The notes beneath the pieces were generated by a model. The model was not told where the DNA came from. It did not search any database and was given only the letters and a program-made list of their open reading frames with translations. 64,000 nt of DNA. Origin: Escherichia phage vB_EcoP-CHD5UKE1. Where the stretch lies: sequence record NC_070989.1; one strand, given 5' to 3'. The position numbers and the translations under genes were made by a program. Position 1 is the first letter of the stretch; each line of letters starts with the position of its first letter. Of this stretch, positions 58,654 through 64,000 are shown one piece after another.

Positions 58654-59562
58654 TTATGCTGCCTGACGTGCTGCCATAATCTCAGCCGCTTTACGCAATA
58701 CTTCTTCTTCTTCTGCTTTCGCCGCTTGTTCGGTACGGGTAGCAACCGTTGAAGAGATACGACCGCGCAGACTTTCTAACTTCTCCTGCATAGCTGCAAC
58801 AGTCTTTTCCATTTCATCAGCGTATGAATCGAGTGATTCTAATTCCTTGCTTGATGCGTTCATCAGGTAGTTATCAGAGATCGCTACCGTTGAGGCCGTG
58901 ACTTTCTTGATGAGTGAATCAAAGGACTTTTTAACCTTGCCTACTTCTTCACTTAAGGCAATGGTGTTATCACTAGTTGCGCCGTTGCGCTCATCAGCCA
59001 GTAATTTGGCTTCAATACGGATTGCATTCAAGCGTTCAACCAAAGCGTAAATATCTTGGTTAAAATCTTCCTTGTTTTTCGCCGGAATTTGCAGGTGTGC
59101 CGCCACGTTGTCATTACAACCCTTGTAAAAGTTAGGATTATCGACTTCAATTTCACGGCCTAAAGCAAAGTTTTCGAAAGCGTTTGACCAGCGAGCGCGG
59201 TTTTGTTCCATTTTGGTTTTAATTTGCGCTTCTTTCGCGTCTTCTTTAGCTTTCGCCTCACCTTCCAGATTAATCCACTTTTTACGACCATTTGCCGCAT
59301 CGGTGTTAAACTTGATAGGAGTTAAGAAAGTAATTGCGGTAGCGATAACATCCATATCACGGAAACGTTCGGTTAACAGGAAGTCAACCGCCGCCTGCAA
59401 TACATCTAACTTCTTACCATTACTGCGGAAGTGCTGTAAGTGTCCTAACAGGAAGTTAGAAACATCTTGTTTGATCGCCGCGTTATTACTGCGAATGTTG
59501 TTAGCCAGAGCATTAAAACCGGATTCGTTAACCAGAGTAAAGATTTTAGCCATAATATTCAC
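58654..59562 (-). CDS. hypothetical helical/coiled-coil protein (302 aa), first sizeable early gene
   Basis: ORF-track ORF with RBS GAAAGGTG; first gene downstream of the repeat-rich promoter region. Confidence 0.55.
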   Translation of the reverse strand: MNIMAKIFTLVNESGFNALANNIRSNNAAIKQDVSNFLLGHLQHFRSNGKKLDVLQAAVDFLLTERFRDMDVIATAITFLTPIKFNTDAANGRKKWINLEGEAKAKEDAKEAQIKTKMEQNRARWSNAFENFALGREIEVDNPNFYKGCNDNVAAHLQIPAKNKEDFNQDIYALVERLNAIRIEAKLLADERNGATSDNTIALSEEVGKVKKSFDSLIKKVTASTVAISDNYLMNASSKELESLDSYADEMEKTVAAMQEKLESLRGRISSTVATRTEQAAKAEEEEVLRKAAEIMAARQAA

Positions 59563-60474
59563 CTTTCAATTGTAAGGGCGCTATTGCCCCGCTCTCTATG
59601 AGCTTGTTTAAGTCACTATTAACTTAACTATAACCACTCGTTGTTAAGTAGTTATAGGTAAGCGGGGCGGTCTTATCAGGAGTTAACCTTGCCGCCCCCT
59701 TATCCGTGATGTTTCATCTGGTATCTTTAATTAGTCGCTATAAACGAAGCCGACCTGATAGCGATGATCAATCATCACAATAAGGCAGTGCGTCCGACTC
59801 TAATTAGTTACGTTATTGTAACCGTCGGCAATATCGTTTACTTTGCTTTCGCTCTCGCCTATCCTTTTATATCAACTCTCAATCGCTAGTCATCGCCCAC
59901 TACGGGATACTATTGCGAAAGAGTCATTGACCGTCTAATGTTCCGACGTTTTATATCTTTCGGCAAGTTTACTACATAAACCGACTATGTACTTTCATCA
60001 TAAGATGAATCTCAAGCCGTTCACATCGTAAACGTTCACACTAAACCTTATTGTTAAATAGCAATTTGCCACTTTTTAACCACTCCCCGCCGCTCTCAAT
60101 TGAGCGTTAATTCGTCGGGATTGCCTACCCTGATTAACTTCTTTCACCGTAGCACCGTTTTAGCGATGACCGCCGCTACCCTTAACCGTGGGCGATTAGC
60201 TTAAGTCTTTGCGTGTACTCGATGAATCCGTTTTATCAGTGGTGACGTTTCCAGTAAGGGAATGTAAGATTGTTTTCTCTGATAGTTTAGAGAATCTTAC
60301 ACCGTTTTATCTGGTATGTTATCTGATGGTTATTATCATCTAACATATTCAACCGATATAGGAGAATGTTTAAATTATTAAAGAGCGGTAAATCTGTCAG
60401 TGTGCTTTCTCACACTACGCAACTGTTAGCCGTTGTTACGCTTTCCTTAAGCGGTGATTTGCTTAAGTGTGCTC

Positions 60475-60503
60475 ATTATGAATCATGTTGTTTTCGCTGT
60501 CAA
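60475..60503 (-). promoter_or_regulatory. sigma70-type promoter (minus strand): -35 TTGACA, 17-bp spacer, -10 CATAAT
   Basis: Read on the minus strand: TTGACA-gcgaaaacaacatgatt-CATAAT. Confidence 0.6.
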
Positions 60504-60632
60504 CCACTTTTTTAATCTTTTTCGTCGTTCCCGCTATTGGGAGGATATATCAATCAGCTTTATTTGATTGAAGACTAAGCGGTGATGCTTATCTTATGAT
60601 TCATATTGTTAAAGAGCGGTTACTACATTTAC

Positions 60633-60660
60633 AGCTTAACACATCGTGTTAGCTTGTCAA
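60633..60660 (-). promoter_or_regulatory. sigma70-type promoter (minus strand): -35 TTGACA, 16-bp spacer, extended -10 TGtTAAGCT
   Basis: Perfect -35; weaker -10 with TG extension. Confidence 0.4.
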
Positions 60661-60960
60661 CTCTTTTTATCATCTTCTTTTAATTCCTTTCCCTTGTCTC
60701 GCGTGAATCTATGCGAAAGGGCAAGATGATAAGTCTGATTTGTCTTTTAGGAATCTAGTGCGCTTTCAAGCATTGACCATTTGAAAGTATCGAACAAATG
60801 AGGCTTATTTTGTTGCTCATCGTCCGCCTGTTCACGTATGAATCAGGAATCAATTCTAGTGGTCAACTAAGCGCCTTATAGTAATGACGTTCCCGCCACC
60901 TGTAAGACAAATCATATTTTTAAAGAGCTGGATGTTTCACGTCATCGCTTACTTATGCTC

Positions 60961-60989
60961 ATTATGTATCAGGCTTTTTCTAGTGTCAA
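60961..60989 (-). promoter_or_regulatory. sigma70-type promoter (minus strand): -35 TTGACA, 17-bp spacer, -10 CATAAT
   Basis: Read on the minus strand: TTGACA-ctagaaaaagcctgata-CATAAT; near-duplicate of the promoter at 60475. Confidence 0.6.
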
Positions 60990-61086
60990 TACTCTTTTTC
61001 AAGTATTTTCACTTTCTAGCCTGATTTTTAAAGAGCGGGGCAATTTCTTGCCTTGTATGTTTTACATCGTACCCGATGAAATGAAG

Positions 61087-61095
61087 TATACATTA
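61087..61095 (-). promoter_or_regulatory. TAATGTATA motif (minus strand) inside the early regulatory region
   Basis: Exact 9-mer; about 50 nt upstream of a TTAAAGAGCGG copy. Confidence 0.35.
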
Positions 61096-61270
61096 ATCAG
61101 ATGAGGTTGCAATAGGGTAAAGCAAATTATTTTAAACTTTTTTGAAAGGTGGGAAGTATAAGAGAATGCGCGCGGGATAACATACGCAAAACAGGCTGTA
61201 AATCACTTTCTAACGTCCTGTAAGCCATTCTAACGAGCTAAAAGGGAGTAAGGTATACAATCACCTTAGA

Positions 61271-61297
61271 AAAGAAAAAAGCCTCATAGTGAGGCTT
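61271..61297 (-). terminator. rho-independent terminator (minus strand)
   Basis: aagcctca-cta-tgaggctt followed by TTTTCTTTTC on the minus strand; downstream of gene 61374..61739. Confidence 0.6.
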
Positions 61298-61373
61298 ATA
61301 GGAAGGATTTAAAGCATCAGATAAATTATGACCATAGGCATGACTACGGCACAATAAAGAAGAAAGATTAAGC

Positions 61374-61739
61374 CTATGGATTTACACATTGACCGTTACC
61401 GGATGCCATTTCATTCATGGACTCATCAAAGAGCGTCAACGATGAGCGCATCAAGTGATCCACCGTAATTTGTTTACCGGTAGTTTCATTTACCAGTTGA
61501 ATAGTTTTAGCGTATGATTGTACATGTTCAAAATCATCAACATGCAAAATAATAACTTTAGGTGACTGTTTACCAGTTTCATAGTTTTCTATCAAATAGG
61601 TGCACTGTAAACCGTCAACCATATCAGGGGAGAATGTTGCAGCCTTTACACTACCCATAGCCGATAGCAGGACACCTAACAGGAGAACAACCAGAAAGAA
61701 GCCTACAACCGTTTTAACGACGAATTTAATAAACCACAT
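61374..61739 (-). CDS. membrane/secreted hypothetical protein (121 aa)
   Basis: N-terminal hydrophobic VVGFFLVVLLLGVLLSAMGSVKA. Confidence 0.55.
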   Translation of the reverse strand: MWFIKFVVKTVVGFFLVVLLLGVLLSAMGSVKAATFSPDMVDGLQCTYLIENYETGKQSPKVIILHVDDFEHVQSYAKTIQLVNETTGKQITVDHLMRSSLTLFDESMNEMASGNGQCVNP

Positions 61740-61834
61740 AGCAATAAACCTTTAGTTAGAAAACGTAAGAATACATCATATCAGTAATGAACAGCAGGAA
61801 GGTCGCACCAAACAAGCAACGCCAAAAATAATCA

Positions 61835-62113
61835 CTATTCATCGTTGCTACTCTCGCCAAAAAATGCTACGCTAATCTGTTCCACTTCTTCCAGCGACAG
61901 GAGAATCCCGCGTTGGGCTAAATACTTCCCAACAGTTAGATAATCTTGCACTAAGCAGACAATAGGAAAGCGGATAGTTTGTATCTCACCTTTGGAAAGA
62001 AAAGACAAATAACCAACGTCGGTTGATTCATCAAAGGATAGTGTAACGCCACCGTAATTATGCGTAGCAATTAACGCAATAGTTTCATTTCCCATAACGT
62101 TTCCAATCCTCAT
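61835..62113 (-). CDS. small hypothetical protein (92 aa)
   Basis: ORF-track ORF. Confidence 0.5.
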   Translation of the reverse strand: MRIGNVMGNETIALIATHNYGGVTLSFDESTDVGYLSFLSKGEIQTIRFPIVCLVQDYLTVGKYLAQRGILLSLEEVEQISVAFFGESSNDE

Positions 62114-62315
62114 AATGATTAACTAGTGCCTGATAATCGTCAGATGATAACTCACCGCCTAAATAGGCAACGGTTATGCGTGCTTTGTATTCTGACAAAC
62201 TGCATAGCGCGGGAGCGGATAACCTGCTTTCGCCATAACATCCTAGCACTTCAACGATACAACCGTTTAAAGATACTGATTTATTAATCACGATATGGTT
62301 AGCCATTAATATCAT
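62085..62315 (-). CDS. small hypothetical protein (76 aa)
   Basis: ORF-track ORF; overlaps neighbours at both ends. Confidence 0.45.
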   Translation of the reverse strand: MILMANHIVINKSVSLNGCIVEVLGCYGESRLSAPALCSLSEYKARITVAYLGGELSSDDYQALVNHYEDWKRYGK

Positions 62316-62562
62316 CCTTAATTAGCCCATGATTGAGCAGGTTAGCCAGTGATAAGCCACCGTCAAAATAAACAGAACGAAAATCAGCGCGGGTAATTTC
62401 AAGGCCAGCAAACTTCAACCAGTTTTTAGCTGATTGAAAATCCATTTTGCAAAAAGTAATGATAGGAACAGTAAGCTGACCATCGAGCGTATTAAACATG
62501 ATAGCGGTATCACCAATAAAACAAGAAAAGCCACTAGATAATCTAATTTCTTTAATAGCCAT
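62299..62562 (-). CDS. small hypothetical protein (87 aa)
   Basis: ORF-track ORF. Confidence 0.5.
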   Translation of the reverse strand: MAIKEIRLSSGFSCFIGDTAIMFNTLDGQLTVPIITFCKMDFQSAKNWLKFAGLEITRADFRSVYFDGGLSLANLLNHGLIKDDING

Positions 62563-62598
62563 TATTTATACTCCCAAAAGATTGGCAAATTAATTTAT

Positions 62599-63471
62599 TC
62601 ACTTACTAGCCTTAATACAGTTGGCTAAATTAACGTGAACGGTATAAACAGCGTTATCAGCGTTATTGTAAACAGTCGTGGCGATCATCGACTCATTGAT
62701 CGGGCCATAGCTAACAAGGTTAGTAACGGCTTTAACGTCTTCATAACGTTGTACAGTGCCGAAAGTCACCATATCCGCATCGTTATCAGTACGCTTAAGC
62801 ACTAAATCACTGTTAGGCTGATTATCTAACGTTTTAGATTGAAAGAGAACGCCATCATTAGTAACGTTGCTAAATTTCATCTTTAGCACGATATTATTGC
62901 CGTCACTATCCGCACCGTTGCAAATCATCCAACCCTTATTGATGGAACTAGAGAAGACACTAGCCGCATCAGTTGCAGGAGTAGGACTAGCGATAGCCTT
63001 ATCAGAAAGAGATGTGACCAGTGCACTAACACCAATAGCTGCAACCAGTGCATAACTTGCCAGATTAACAGACTTCATAATCTTACTTGCAACAGTAGGC
63101 TTGATTGGCTGTTTCTTGTTTTTCTTGTTCCATGCTTCAACCATGACAGACAAGCGGGATAATTCAGCTTTCACATCACGGCATGACTCAGGCCAATCTT
63201 TCTGATTCCAGCTATCTAAATTCGCTTGAATGTAACAATTGATAGCGTCCTGCATATCGGTAAAACCGTTCTCTTTGAACGTGCTTTCATCTTCACACTG
63301 TAAAGCGTTCGCAGTAGAGTTAATGATCAAGCAAGCCAGCATTACAGAGTTTTTGAATCCTTTACGTGCGCTTTCGTTTTCCATCCACGCATCAGGACTA
63401 CCAACAGTTAAGCCTAAAGAGGAAAGACTTTCGTTTGCTTTGTTCAAGTGGTTAATTGCTACTTTAGACAT
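62599..63471 (-). CDS. hypothetical protein with central TM segment (290 aa)
   Basis: RBS GGA 7 nt upstream of ATG; hydrophobic LASYALVAAIGVSALV; first gene downstream of the promoter at 63.5 kb. Confidence 0.55.
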   Translation of the reverse strand: MSKVAINHLNKANESLSSLGLTVGSPDAWMENESARKGFKNSVMLACLIINSTANALQCEDESTFKENGFTDMQDAINCYIQANLDSWNQKDWPESCRDVKAELSRLSVMVEAWNKKNKKQPIKPTVASKIMKSVNLASYALVAAIGVSALVTSLSDKAIASPTPATDAASVFSSSINKGWMICNGADSDGNNIVLKMKFSNVTNDGVLFQSKTLDNQPNSDLVLKRTDNDADMVTFGTVQRYEDVKAVTNLVSYGPINESMIATTVYNNADNAVYTVHVNLANCIKASK

Positions 63472-63515
63472 TTGATATTCCTTCTGGTTGATGAAAACTA
63501 CAAACTACACTCGCA

Positions 63516-63543
63516 ACTATATATTAAAGGAAAAGGCTGTCAA
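63516..63543 (-). promoter_or_regulatory. sigma70-type promoter (minus strand): -35 TTGACA, 16-bp spacer, -10 TATAGT
   Basis: Read on the minus strand: TTGACA-gccttttcctttaata-TATAGT, about 45 nt upstream of ATG 63471. Confidence 0.55.
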
Positions 63544-64000
63544 CCATTTATTTTCTAACTTTCTTGCATCCTACTGAAAACTAAAGGAATTTAATTTACT
63601 AAACTTTTTATACTCAGGGTATCAGCTTACTAGCTATTGTTACTTTATAACACCAATTCTACGGGCAGCAGACCAACAGACCAGGACACGGGGAGCATAC
63701 AACCGCAGGACAGACCACGGGGAAATATAGCAAGATAGTGCGGTAATAATATACCACTTAAATAATTAGTTAACTCAAACATCAAAGACGTTCGTACTTC
63801 GTACTCACAAAGGCACGCTGAAAAAGAAAGTAATAAAAGAAACAATTAAAAGAAATACAATCATCCACTTAATTAATACATATATCACTATTGCACTCAT
63901 AATCATTACTATTGAAACTATTATCAACGTAACTATGGGGAGCTGAACGGTAACAATACGGTATTATTAGACCTGTTATTATCACGCCTTAACAGAGTAT

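Larger units (their letters stand above)
59660..61100. repeat. repeat-rich non-coding regulatory region (iteron-like units containing TTAAAGAGCGG and YTTATGAWTCA motifs)
   Basis: No ORF of 61 aa or more on either strand across 59575-61373. TTAAAGAGCGG at 60378, 60609, 61028 (variant at 60920). ATTATGAATCA-like units at 60475, 60593, 60835, 60961. Confidence 0.7.

Noticed and set aside
60835-60866. Fourth sigma70-type promoter (TTGACC ... CATACG) in the regulatory region
   Set aside because: Spacer of 19-20 bp and a poor -10 hexamer; looks like a decayed copy of the promoters at 60475 and 60961.
60378-61038. Possible CRISPR-like array from the repeated TTAAAGAGCGG units
   Set aside because: Repeats are only 11 bp, irregularly spaced (231, 311, 108 bp), with no conserved longer repeat and no cas genes. 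They fit regulatory or iteron repeats better.
63645-63845. ORF-track ORF of 66 aa on the minus strand in the right-hand non-coding region
   Set aside because: Low-complexity Leu/Ser/Cys-rich translation spanning the GC-rich repeats, no RBS, and upstream of the early promoter; probably not coding.

Overview
The window reads as one contiguous stretch of a tailed dsDNA phage genome, about 42-45% GC by eye, with no integrase and no recognisable bacterial housekeeping genes. Two convergent transcription blocks meet at a bidirectional terminator near 16.9 kb. Block 1 (1-16903, + strand) is a virion/lysis module: a tail fibre with an S74-type chaperone domain, a GH24 lysozyme, an Ig-like (Big_2) structural protein, an SLT transglycosylase, Gln/Asn-rich virion proteins and a 1474-aa virion protein. 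Block 2 (17.1-63.5 kb, - strand) carries replication and nucleotide-metabolism genes (T7 gp4-like primase-helicase, a family-A DNA polymerase split into separate exonuclease and polymerase genes, FEN-type 5'-3' exonuclease, ThyX, dCTP deaminase-like, thioredoxin, PhoH), an ECF-like sigma factor, a tRNA-Arg(UCU), three HNH endonucleases and dozens of small early ORFs, many in paralogous families. Early transcription appears to start from sigma70-type promoters (perfect TTGACA -35 boxes) in a 1.8-kb repeat-rich non-coding region (59.6-61.4 kb) and at 63.5 kb. A recurring TAATGTATA motif sits 36-60 bp upstream of several genes on both strands and is a candidate phage-sigma promoter core. The layout (own sigma factor, that motif, GC content) resembles phiEco32-like podoviruses, but this is from memory and cannot be checked here. 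The most interesting content is a roughly 10-kb enzyme cluster (38.8-48.3 kb): an AIG2/gamma-glutamyl-cyclotransferase-like protein, an ATP-grasp ligase, a class-II (Ntn) glutamine-amidotransferase domain fused to zinc-ribbon repeats, an amidoligase-like protein with a shorter possible relative, and three large ORFs with no recognisable family. This looks like a multi-enzyme amide-bond-forming pathway of unknown product. All calls are by-eye motif recognition; no database search, HMM or folding was run, and small-ORF boundaries are approximate.
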